In this document: piece by piece, positions 1 through 15,416 of the stretch
Layout: each line of letters begins with the position of its first letter
Position numbering within the stretch: the stretch's first letter is position 1
Source: the human T2T-CHM13v2.0 reference genome, Homo sapiens
Assembly: GCF_009914755.1 (NCBI RefSeq)
Contig: NC_060928.1
Reading direction: 5' to 3' (one strand)
Length of the DNA: 64,000 bases
Notes under the pieces: model-generated
What the model was told of the DNA's origin: nothing
Database searches by the model: none
The model's input: only the letters and a program-made list of their open reading frames with translations
Translations under genes and position numbers: made by a program

Positions 1-1122
1 GGGTGAATAGGATTAGGAAGGATAGGGTAGGAGGGAGAGCACTGCAGTCAATAGGAACAGCATAAGCAAAAGCACGGACATTTTCCTGAGGAATTCTATT
101 TAGAGGACAAAATTCTCCAGCCTTCAGCCTTTTCCTCCTTTCCTCCAAAATGCATGGTTGCCTGGCCCTCATGGGGATCTAAAAGTACCCTAAACCTGAA
201 ATTTGAGATAATATGTGGAAGTCTACCCCTGAAATAGTAATGAGCAATCTCTTGGTTTCTCTACTATATTTTGAAGAAAATAAATGAACAAATGTCAGAT
301 TCAAATAGATCCCTCAAGAAGGATAATTTTAGTTGACTGGAAGCCTGTCTGGGCACGTACAAGCACACAGATATCAGTTACCTTTGGTTACTGAAGAAGA
401 GCAGGTGTCTAAACAAAGCTGCTGCTAGTCAAACTAAATTAAAATGACATTGCACTCCTCCACAGCCCTCAGGATTAGTGAGCGTGCAGCAAGCCCAAGA
501 GCGCCTTCCTTACAGATGGCTTTTGAGGACACCTGTACTTAGTTAACTGCCACAGTCAATGGCTACATCTGAGCCTGACATTTTGTCTCAAAAGGATCAC
601 AAAGCTGTAATGGTACAATACTGTTGAGCTTAGAACCTGTGAAAAGTGACTGCAGGTCATTTGTCCCAGGTTTTGGCGACTTCTGGCACATTGTTAGGTC
701 TCTCTTATCTCCAACTTAATTCCTAGTAAGTTAAGCAAACGTACAACTTACTATTTCTTTGCAATTACTTTTCCAATTTGTCAAAACATGTCTAGTGAGC
801 ACTCACTCTGGGAAAGGCTCTCTGCCAAATGTTTGAGGGAAGAAGGAAAACAAAGAAGAATGAGTCAATTGATGCCCTTAAAGAGTGTAAAATCTCTTGT
901 GGCTACATACAAGAAATACAAGCTACATAGGGCAGAGTAAGGCTAAGACTGTAAGAGATACAGAATATGCTAAGGGAGACGGGCTGGAAGGATCAACTTT
1001 GAGAGGTCTCTAGGATGATTCCTCATAGGTATCTTTTGGCAATATTCTTCTGGATTGGCTGGGAAGAGAAATGTTCTAAGACAACAGAAGACAATAAATA
1101 AAAGGAGGCACAAGAATATACT

Positions 1123-1417
1123 GGCCAGGCACAGTGGCTCACGCCTGTAATCCCAGCACTTTGGAAGGCCGAGGCGGGCAGATCACTTGAGGTCATGAGT
1201 TGGAGACCAGCCTGGCCAACATGGCAAAACCCCATCTCTACTAAAAACACAAAAATTAGCCAGGCATGGTGGTGCACAGCTGTAGTCCTAGCTACTCAGG
1301 AGGCTGAGGAAAGAGAATTGTTTGAACCTGAAAAGCAAAAGTTGCAGTGAGTCAAGATTGTGCCACTGCACTCCAGCCTGGGTGACAGGGCAAGACTTCA
1401 TCTCAAAAAAAAAAAAA
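1123..1417 (+). mobile_element. Alu (AluS-type), full length
   Basis: GGCCAGGCACAGTGGCTCACGCCTGTAATCCCAGCACTT start, A-rich linker, polyA tail; near-TSD AAGAATATAC / AAGAATACAC. Confidence 0.95.
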
Positions 1418-2322
1418 GAATACACAAATGCATGATGTATTTGGAAAATAAGGAGGAGCCTTGTGTACCTGGAGAGAATATAATGAAAAAAGACATTTAA
1501 AATGTAGTTTGAAACTAGATGATAAGGAAATTAAAAGCCAAACTAAGGAAATATAATTTTTTTCGATGTATAAATAATAAGGAGTTATTCAAAGTTTTGA
1601 GCAGGAGACTGTAGTATAATCATATGTGGGCATTAGTTTGCTAGCAGGAATGTGAATAATGAAATGGAGACTTTTTTAAAAGGCCAGTTGAAACCAGACT
1701 CCATATTCCTAGAGTAAGATGATAGAGGCCTGACCTCATCCAGAAACATTAAGAATGACCAAAACGAAGCAGATGCAATCTGTCCGCCAAGGTGCAGAGA
1801 GGAGCAGAGGATGGCTCCAACTTTCCGGCTTGAGTTGGTGTTTGCATGCCATGCTCCACAACACTTTTCATCTGCATCCCATCCTATGGAATAGGTCTGC
1901 AACCTATTTCCATTCACCAATAAAGAAATACATAGTTGCAGACCTTCTGAATCTGCCCAGACCAGAATTAACTATTAGTAGATGAAGACCAGTAAAGAAT
2001 CTGACTTCTGATCCAGTAACTGGGAGGTTAGAGATACTTTCAGGTGAGGAAGAGGAAACAAGTAGGAACAATTCCTAGAAGAAAACACTGGAGGACACAT
2101 TGGATCTTATTTTTTTTTTTTATACTTTAAGTTCTAGGGTACATGTGCACAACGTTCAGGTTTGTTACATATGTATACATGTGCGATGTTGGTGTGCTGC
2201 ACCCATTAACTTGTCGTTTACATTAGGTATATCTCCTAATGCTATCCCACCCCCGTCCCCCCACCCCATGACAGGCCCCAGTGTGTGATGTTCCCCTTCC
2301 TGTGTCCAAGTGTTCTCATTGT

Positions 2323-6130
<3,808 letters not shown>

Positions 6131-6193
6131 TATGATGTTAGCTGGTTATTTTGCTCGTTAGTTGATGCAGTTTCTTCCTAGCCTCAATGGACT

Positions 6194-7207
6194 TTACAAT
6201 TTGGCATGTTTTTGCAGTGGCTGGTACTGGTTGCTCCTTTCCATGTTTAGTACTTCCTACAGGAGCTCTTGTAGGGCAGGCCTGGTGGTGACAAAATCTC
6301 TCAGCATTTGCTTGTCTGTAAAGTATTTTATTTCTCCTTCACTTACGAAGCTTAGTTTTGCTGGAAATGAAATTCTGGTTTGAAAATTCTTTTCTTTAAG
6401 AATGTTGAATATTGGCCCCCACTCTCTTCTGGCTTGTAGGGTTTCTGCCGAGAGATCCGCTGTTAGTCTGATGGGCTTCCCTTTGTGGGTAACCCGACCT
6501 TTCTCTCTGGCTGCCCTTAACATTTTTTCCTTCATTTCAACTTTGGTGAATCTGACAATTATGTGTCTTGGAGTTGCTCTTCTCGAGGAGTATCTTCATG
6601 GCATTCTCTGCATTTCCTGAATTTGAATGTTGGCCTGCCTTGCTAGGTTGGGGAAGTTCTCCTGGGTAATATTCTGCAGAGTGTTTTCCAGCTTGGTTCC
6701 ATTCTCCCCCTCACTTTCAGGTACACCAATGAGACGTAGATTTGGTCTTTTCACATAGTCCCATATTTCTTGGAGGCTTTGTTCGTTTTTTATTCTTTTT
6801 TCTCTAAACTTCTCTTCTTGCTTCATTTCATTCATTTGATCTTCAATCACTGATACCTTTTCTTCCGATTGATCAAATCAGCTACTGAAGCTTGTGCATT
6901 CATCACGTAGTTCTCGTGCCATGGTTTTCAGCTCCATCAGGTCCTTTAAGGACTTCTCTGCATTGGTTATTCTAGTTAGCCATTCATGTAATCTTTTTTC
7001 AAGGTTTTTAACTTCTTTGCGATGGGTTCGAACTTCCTCCTTTAGCTCGGAGTAGTTTGATCGTCTGAAACCTTCTTCTCTCAACTCATCAAAGTCATTC
7101 TCTGTCCAGCTTTGTTCCATTGCTAGTGAGGAGCTGCGTTCCTTTGGAGGAGGAGCAGCACTCTGATTTTTAGAATTTTCAGTTTTTCTGCTCTGTTTTT
7201 TCCCCAT
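6194..7207 (-). pseudogene. L1 ORF1 (RNA-binding chaperone), disrupted
   Basis: MGKKQSRKTENSKNQS... start; ORF track splits it into 6878-7207, 6596-6850 and 6257-6535 (RPNLRLIG and ARREW motifs present). Confidence 0.93.
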
Positions 7208-10200
7208 CTTTGTGGTTTTATCTACCTTTTGTCTTTGATGATGGTGACGTACAGATGGGGTTTTGGTGTGGATGTCCTTTCTGTTTGTTAGTTTTCCTTT
7301 TAACAGTCAGGACCCACAGCTGCAGGTCGGTTGGAGTTTGCTGGAGGTCCTCTCCAGACCCTGTTTGCCTGAGTATCAGAACAGCGAATGTTGCTGAACA
7401 GCAAATGTTGCTGTCTGATTGTTCCTCTGGAGGTTTCGTCTCAGAGGGGTACCCGGCCATGTGAGGTGTCAGTATGCCCCTACTGAGGTGTGCCTCCCAG
7501 ATAGGCTACTCTGGGGTCAGGGACCCACTTGAGGAGGCAGTCTGTCCATTCTCAGATCTCAAACTCCATGCTGGGAGAACCACTACTCTCTTCAAAGCTG
7601 TCAGACAGGGACATTTAAGTCTGCAGAGGTTTCTGCTGCCTTTTGTTCGGCTATGCCCTGCCCCCAGAGGTGGAGTCTATGGAGGCAGGCAGGCCTCCTT
7701 GAGCTGCGGTGGGCTCCACCCAGTTCAAGCTTCACAGCGGCTTTGTTTACCTGCTCAAGCCTCAGCAATTGTGGGTGCCCCTCCCCCAGGCTCGCTGCAG
7801 CCTTGCAGTTCGATCTCAGACTGCTGTGCTAGCAATGAGCAAGGCTCTGTGGGCATGGGACCCTCCGAGCCTTGTGCAGTATATAATCTCCTGGTGTGCC
7901 ATTTGCTAAGACCATTGGAAAGGCGCAGTATACGGTGGGAGTGACCCAATTTTCCAGTGCCGTCTGTCACAGCTTTGCTTGGCTATGGAAGGGAATTCCC
8001 TGACCCCTTGCATTTCCTGGGTGAGGCGATGCCTCTCCCTGCTTCGGCTCATGCTCGGTGCGCTGCACCCACCGTCCTGCACCCACTGTCCGACGAACCC
8101 CAGTGAGATCAACCCGGTACCTCAGTTGGAAATGCAGAAATCACCCATCTTCTGCATCACTCATGCTGCAAGCTGTAGACTGGAGCTGTTCCTATTTGGC
8201 CATCTTGGAACCGCCCCCCTGTTTTACTAAGATCATTGGATCTTAAACTGCATCATGGTCATCAATATAGAGGCCACCCAATAATAATTAGAAATGCTCA
8301 GCTGATGTTCACTTATAGCACTTGAGAGAAGTTATGACTGTGTTTCAGAGACTTGCAAACATTGAGTTTTGGGTCATTTGTTTGTTTGGAAAATTAAACA
8401 CTGGAGAGACCTAAGACTATTCTGGTTCTGGTGAATCTTCCAAATTGGAGACAGGACAATAGAAAATATTCTCAGATATCAGTTATTTTTCTAGAAAACT
8501 TCAGCAGCGTATTGAGCCAAATGTTATGTGAAGTCTTGTAACACAGCTATGATGTCCACAATCTTTTGCCTTGTTAGAGGGAGACCAGGCATAGTCTCCT
8601 GATGGCACAAAGTGAAGTTTACTTATTTTAATTTCAGCTACTAAGGTCCTTATTTATATAAGCAATTTCCTTTGGTATATTATAACAAGTTATGCCTTAC
8701 CTATATCTAATCTTAAAAATATCCTTTATCCCAAAGATTCTAAGAAGGCAAGGCTTCACCTGTGACCTTGGGGAGCTCCAAACAGGTGGCACACCTCTGC
8801 AATGGGCAGCCTGTAAGACCTGCCTTAGGAGCAAAGGCACAGCCAGCCCTCTGACCAAACAGCTTGCTCAAGGGTAACTGGAAGCAAACAGCTAAATGAA
8901 AAAATGTGGTGAAGAGTTTTAATCCCTTTTAAAGTAAAGCTAATGCCCTCATGTATTTCCAGAATAATCATTAAAGTATTTATGGGTTGAAAATTTTTAA
9001 AGACTCAGATCATAGGGATTAATACTTTTAAGTGATCTTGCATAGCAACTAATCACCTTAAACAAATTAGGTAATAGCTTTTATTGCTTCCAAAACACTT
9101 TTATAACCATCTTTGAATGACAAAAATGAAAGTATAAAGCAGATTTAATACCCCAGACGTGGAATTTTGATGGTTTCATAGTCATATTTTGGCAGTGTGT
9201 TGAACCAATTGACATTTTACAATGATACTCCTTACCTGCAAAGGAGTATGCATAGCCTATGATTCCCAAGCAATTGTGAGTTTGTGTAAGCATGTGTGTG
9301 GATGTGTGTGTGTGTGTTTGATGCTTTCCCCTACTTAAGGCAGAAAACTTGCGTAAGTTTGTCATTTTGGAGATGAACTTTATCCAAAAGAGTTCTTGAT
9401 TCCTGTGCTATTTCATCATCTCATAGTTTTAGGAAGATGAAAAAGTCATCTTAAAAGAAAAATACACTTAGAAAATTCACTACTTTCTTTGAGTTTTAGG
9501 TAGTTTCCACAAAGCTGACATCAATTTTTACAGTTGTTTCTTTTACAAAATAAATGAGCAAATATATAACAAAGGCAGTATTTTTAACAAGACTAAGACC
9601 GACCAATGTGTCTTGTCCTAAAACCAAATAATCAGAAGATACAAACTTTCCAAGAAAGGGGAAACCAACAACAGCATTCTTTGTAAAAATCCAATATTCA
9701 CCTTCTAATCACTAATTTGTATGATTTTAGGTAATTATACCTTCCCATGATGCATGTATCCATGAGGCAGGGTCAGTGTGGCATTAGAGAGGGGTGGAAA
9801 GAACAGACCCTTTCTGGGAGCCTTGGACACTGTCTCAAATTAAGTCCTTTCTGCCCCAGGCCCTGTCTGGCTCATTCCCAAACCATGGCCTCTTCTGCTG
9901 AACCTTGTCTACACCTGACAGCTTCTCCAAGTCCCACACTTGGTGGAAAAATACCATCTGCACATGTTGCTCCCTTCCTTCTGAGGCTGGAAGACATACA
10001 TAGTATTCCAGATTTCCACAGTCATTTCCAGTAATTAGCCATTTTTCATGGCAGTTGTCCATGAATCATTCCATTCTTATAGATGGTCAGGGTGAGTCCC
10101 AGGGATTTAATGACTTGCCCTCTGCAAATCTTTGACAGAGCAATGACAGAGCCAGGTTCAGAAGGTAGGACCCCTCAAGAAATGGGTCACCCCACATAAA

Positions 10201-10543
10201 AACTCAGGAAATGAAAATTGGCCATGAGCTCAATTTCAGGGGAGAACTTTTAGCTAGGCTAAATATAGTACCCCAATGTGGAAGACAGCCAACGCTCAGG
10301 GTGCCAGTTCCCAAGACTCACACAACAGCACTCTAGGATACTTAATTGCCACAGGTGGGTCACATAGTTCTTGTAAACCTCTCCTAAAAATAAACCTTAA
10401 ATGAGTCTAACTCCAAGTGTTGATTGTATTATCATTTTAAAATTCAGGATGAAAAGAGGTACTGGTGAGGAGGAGGAAGAGGTAGTTATTCTTAGGAAAT
10501 CAGAGGTACATTCCATGAGTTGCTGGGAAGTGCTTTTGAAAAT

Positions 10544-11168
10544 TGTGGACAAAAAGAGTCAAACCCTGTAAAATATTTGAAGAAATTTGTTCCGATTCAA
10601 ATATGAGTGACTAATGACCTGTGACACAGCTCCAGGAGATCTTGAGAACATGTGACAAGGTGGTTTGGCTACAGCTTTGTTTTATACATTTTAGGGAGAG
10701 AAGACCTCAATCAATACATGTAAGATGTACATTGGTTCTGTCTGGAACAATGGGGGGGGCCAAGGGGCTTCCAAGTCATAATCTGTTTGGCAATTAGTTG
10801 AAAGATTTATTTTCTAAAAACCTGGAATCAATAGAAAGGAATGTCTGGGTCAAGATAAGGAAGTGTGGAGAACAAGGTCCTTATACTGATGAAGCTTCCA
10901 GGTAGCAGGCTTCAGAGAGAGCAGATTGTAAATATTCTCGTTGAACTTGAAGAGTCTGTTCTATCAGTCTTAAGGTCTCTGTTTTAATGTTAATGCTGGT
11001 CAGCTGTGCCTGAATTCCAAAAGGTGGAGGGTATAATGAGGCATGTCCCACCCCCACTTCCCACATGGCCTAGACTAGTTTTTCAAGTTAACTTTGGAAT
11101 GCCCTTGGCCGAGGGGAAGGTCCATCAGTTGGTTGGTTGGGGGCTTAGAATTTTATTTTTGGTTTTAA
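10544..11168 (-). mobile_element. ERV1 solo LTR, MER4-family
   Basis: - strand begins ..AAAACCAAAAATAAAATTCTAAGCCCC and ends GAGTTTGACTCTTTT-like ..CA, matching the recalled MER4 LTR; ~620 bp. Confidence 0.75.
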
Positions 11169-12145
11169 AACAAATAGATTTTCTTTATTCTTTTTATAAA
11201 TTTCTAACAGACACCTATTTGATTTTGATTTTCTTTTACAGTATTTGCTTTGTTTTATTAAAACCTGAGAAATGTACTTGACGTTCTGTGATCCCTCTTT
11301 CCCCCAGGGATGAGGGATGAGGCTACTGTGTCTATCTCAAAATCACAGTTTCCTTCTTGCACCCTGGAGGCACCAGTTCCAGTCAGGAGGAAGTGATTCG
11401 GGCATGTAGGCCAGCAAGGTCCTTCTCCAATCCCTTGGGAGCTCCTGATCTCCTTGGGGGAATCATGGGTGGGCGAGCAGGTGGGAGTGAGCAAAGGCCA
11501 TGAGCCAAATAGACCCAAGTTTGAATCAGAGTTTCCCTCCTCACTGCCACTTCTGTGTGCAAGTCTCAGGTTATTTGTTTCTACCTCAGAAATAATGATA
11601 CTGAGCCGTCCTCATAAGATGCTGTGATAACCAGATGAGGGAATGGTTCAAAGAGGTTAACTAAGGGTTTGGCACAGAAGCCCCTCTCAGTATACCTGTA
11701 AGGAATTTTAGCATCTAAATAATCATCATGAACAGTTTAGGTAATAGCAATTACTGTTACTGCATCTGAAACACTTCTGTAAAACATTATTTAGTACAGG
11801 GTATTAGTTACAGACTAGCATTAGCTTTATAAATGACAGTGATTTCGTGGTATAACTCATAGAGAATAACTTACGACTATCAGAAACAGAGGGAAGACGC
11901 TATTCTTAACTGGCATTTCAAAAGTCCTCCAATTTTTGTTTGTTTGACTCCTAATTTAAAGTCAAATGAATGTTGTTCTTCACTAAAAGGTGAGTGAATT
12001 GAGGTGGCATTCCACTATGGGACCCCAGCTATAATGAACTGGCTCTTTGTTTATGTGTTCACTATAAACAGTTGTTCCATATTTTCCTGTGCATTTTTTC
12101 CTTTCCTCAAAGCAGAGGCCATATATGCATCTCTCTCATCCCCTG

Positions 12146-12680
12146 TGTAGGGAAAGGAAAATTTTCCTCCAAGTTTCCAGTATCTCCAGCTGGGACTGAC
12201 ATAAAACAGATTAAAAAAGAGAAAAGCATAAGAATTGCAATTGTTTTTTGCATATATATGGAAGACTTTACCAAAAAAACTGAAGACCCAAAGAAGCAGT
12301 TAGAACCAAAGGCTTATCTACTAGGCTTGACAAAGAGCAGCAAATTAAGGAAATGCAGCAAAACCAAGGGGCTTGAGCTCGGGCAGTTAACTGTGGAAAA
12401 GCATCAAGGAAGATAAGGGTTCCTTGAACAGTGTTTGTTTGCACAGATTTCTCTTAGCCCCAACTCCTCATCTCTAGTGATAAGAATATCTTTCTTTTTC
12501 CTGGTACAAGGAGGGTACCTTTCACATGGGAGTTTTATTTCCTGCTTTCAGGAAGAAAAAAGAAGATCAGAGATCAGAGTGCCCTTCTGGCATCTGCTGT
12601 TTTTCAAACGCCTTTAACTGAAAACAGTCAATATCCCAGAGTAGGCTCTTTTGAGGTGGAGTAGCTGAACTCCACCTGCT
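12146..12680 (-). mobile_element. ERV1-class LTR remnant (MER34/MER39-like)
   Basis: End resembles the reverse complement of the MER34-type start (..TTTAACTGAAAACAGTCAATATCCCAGAGTAGGCTCTTTTGAGGTGG); diverged, subfamily uncertain. Confidence 0.5.
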
Positions 12681-13884
12681 TCCCAAATCTAGCAACTGAC
12701 TAGTGTTCAGTGAGCTCTTAGTCAATGAACTGTCAGATTTATATACAACCATTTACTACTAAGGGATTTCTCCAAAGACACACCCTGCAAGCTGAGTTTT
12801 CTAGCTCATCAAAGTCCTCAAATGAGCTTTTCCAGTCACAAGTTAAAAGAGGTCACAGGAACCAGATAGTTCCCCAGGTTTCAATTCATTCTCTCCAGCT
12901 AAATTCCTACCTTTAAACATAATCCTCAATAAACAAATAGCTTTTTTTTTTTTTGCCACTATTTTGCCCTATTTTTGTTTGACCATTTTGTTTCAATCTA
13001 ATTCTACTCTTTTGTATTTTTGTCCTAAAAACTTTTAAACAAAGATTTTTCTCTGACACTTTCAAATTTCCTGAAGCTGGGCAGGCAGGCTCATGTGGCT
13101 TGTATTTTGTTTATGTGCTTTTACAATTCTAATTATAACCCTTTGGGGAGCCGTTCTGCAAAGGGCTGTCTGTATAAAGGAAGAGCTGGATGTGTGACCC
13201 TCATGTTGGCAAGAATTGATCATACATGTCACTTGGGGCTGGATGCAGCTGCCACAGCTAATGCTCAAATAACCCCGGGACAAAGACTCACCCCAGTACA
13301 TTGTTACATTTTATTGAGTGCTTAGGAGAAGATCTGATTAAAGCAAGGTGAATGTAGTGCTGTTAGAAATTAGCTGTCTCTCCAAGTTGATTTAGGGACA
13401 CCAAAGTGTCCCTCAAAATAATCCCCTATCTTGTTCTCTGAAAATGGTCCAAGTCTTTTATTCTATAATTAAAATGTCAAGTTTGGAATCTAAAAATCCC
13501 CGCTAACATCATACTGAGCCACCTTTTAAGAAGAGTGTTACCGACGGGTCAGGGAACTGCAATCAGGAGACAGCAAACCGTCAAGCCCCTCAGAAGGAAC
13601 AGCTTTGCAGTAGGGAATGTATTTGCACATTTTGTTACTGGGCTAGTCCAATGAAGATAAAATGAATTTTCTCATTAAGAGAGCCATGAAGGAGCCTCAG
13701 GAATGCTTCTCCTCTCCCATCCCACCACCCCCATTTCACTATAGAGCCTGGAAGCTACCATAAACTATCATCCTTTTAGATTACGAACTACCTTTTGTCC
13801 CTCAGTGCCTATTTTTTGTCATTGTTTGCAAATATAGGTGGGGGGTTGGGGGGGCAAGGAGCACATCAGGGGTGCTCCCATACC

Positions 13885-14041
13885 CTTGCTTCTTAAAGTG
13901 GCCCAAGCAGAATCAACATCACATGGATGCTTTTGTCAGCGAGGCAGGTCTCAGGCCCCACCTCAGACCTATTGAATCAGAATCTGTTTTAACAACATCC
14001 CCGGATGATGTATATGCACATTAAAGTTTAAGAAGCACTGG
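13885..14041. mobile_element. MER5A-type hAT-Charlie fossil
   Basis: CTCAGGCCCCACCTCAGACCTATTGAATCAGAATCTG..TTTAACAACATCCCC..AAAGTTTAAGAAGCACTG. Confidence 0.8.
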
Positions 14042-14147
14042 CCACAGCTTAGAGTAGATTTATTCATTTTTTGGTTTGCACGTTGGGAAGATGATGTATC
14101 TTTTCTGGATATTGAAAGAGGATGTGAGAACACAAGAAACTGCAGCA

Positions 14148-14450
14148 GGCCAGGTGCAGTGGCTTATGCCTGCATGACCAGCACTTTGGGAAGCTAAGGC
14201 AGGAGGATTGCTTGAATCCAGCAGTATGAGACTAGCCTGGGCAACATAGCGAGGCCTTGTCTCTACAAAAATTTTTATTGTTTAATTTTATGAAACAATT
14301 AGCCAGGTATGATGGTGTGCATCTGTAGTCCCAGCTAATCAAGACGCTGAGGTGGGAGGATGCTTGATAGTGGGAGGTTGCTTGATCCTGGGAGGTTGAG
14401 GTTGCAGTGAGCTGTGAATGTGCCACTTCACTGAGACCCTATCTCAAAAA
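14148..14450 (+). mobile_element. AluJ-type element with internal duplication and deletion in right arm
   Basis: GGCCAGGTGCAGTGGCTTATGCC start; GTGGGAGG(A/T)TGCTTGAT occurs twice; CCAGCCTGGGTGACAGAG segment missing. Confidence 0.85.
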
Positions 14451-14488
14451 GGCAAGGCAAGGCAAGGCAAGGTAAGCAAGGCAAGGCA
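14449..14488 (+). repeat. (AAGGC)n pentanucleotide microsatellite in Alu tail
   Basis: AAGGCAAGGCAAGGCAAGGCAAGGTAAGCAAGGCAAGGC. Confidence 0.9.
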
Positions 14489-15125
14489 CTGCATCCTATT
14501 CTATATCTTGGTAGATTTACTTGAATATTCCCCAAGGCCCATCAGCTTGTCCATCCTAGGCAAAGTCATTATTTGTTCGTATAGTTGCTGGATTAATACC
14601 CTCCACCTGCTAGTGGCCGGGTCTCAGTCCTTCCCATTCTTGTGTCTAAAAGTCTCCAGGAAAAAAGGGGGGAGTCTCTCACACACAGTCGGCCTCTGCC
14701 TGCAGCTCTGCTCACCTGCTGCTCTAGCTGTTGCTTTGTTCTTGGGGCAGCCTCTGCTTCAGTTCTCTGAGGCGTTAATGCTGCTGCATCACAGTCTCCA
14801 ACCACCCAAATAGTAAGAGGACACATCCCCAACCTTCATGACCCAGGGCAGTTGCATGGTAAACTGATGTCACCTAGAGTTCTTTGCCATCTGCTTAATG
14901 GTCTCCAATGCTCACCTCCCTTTCAGGTGACAGCATTTCTCTTCAAATGACCATCTTTATGCTGGACAGGAGGCCAGGGAGTGAGAAATTTGAGAGAAGA
15001 AAAAGTGCAGATGGTGGGAAGTAGTGGCCAGAAGGCAAAGCTGGTCACCAAGTAGTGAGTGCTCTGTGGCGGAATTGAAGAGATTCAGCTCAGAGTCTGC
15101 CATTGATTTATTTCTTTTTAGATTC

Positions 15126-15416
15126 TTTTAGAGACAGGATCTCACTCTGTCATTCAGGCTGGAGTGCAATGGTGCAACCGTAGCTCACTGCAGCCTCAAA
15201 CTCCTTGGCTAACATGATCCTACTGCCTCAGCCACTGAGCAGCAGGAACTATAGGCATGTGCCACCATACCTGGCTAATTTTTTAAAGCTTTTTCTAGAG
15301 GCAGGCTGTCTTTGCTATTTTGCTCAGGCTGGTCTTGAATTCCTTGCTTCAAGCAATCCTCCCACGTTGGGCTCCCAAACTGCTAGGATTGCAGGCATAA
15401 GCCACCATGCTTGGCT
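15126..15416 (-). mobile_element. AluJ-type element
   Basis: GAGACAGGATCTCACTCTGTC..GCCACCATGCTTGGCT, diverged Alu on - strand. Confidence 0.9.

Noticed and set aside
13170-13200. TATAAAG as a possible promoter
   Set aside because: Isolated motif with no recognisable downstream exon; expected by chance
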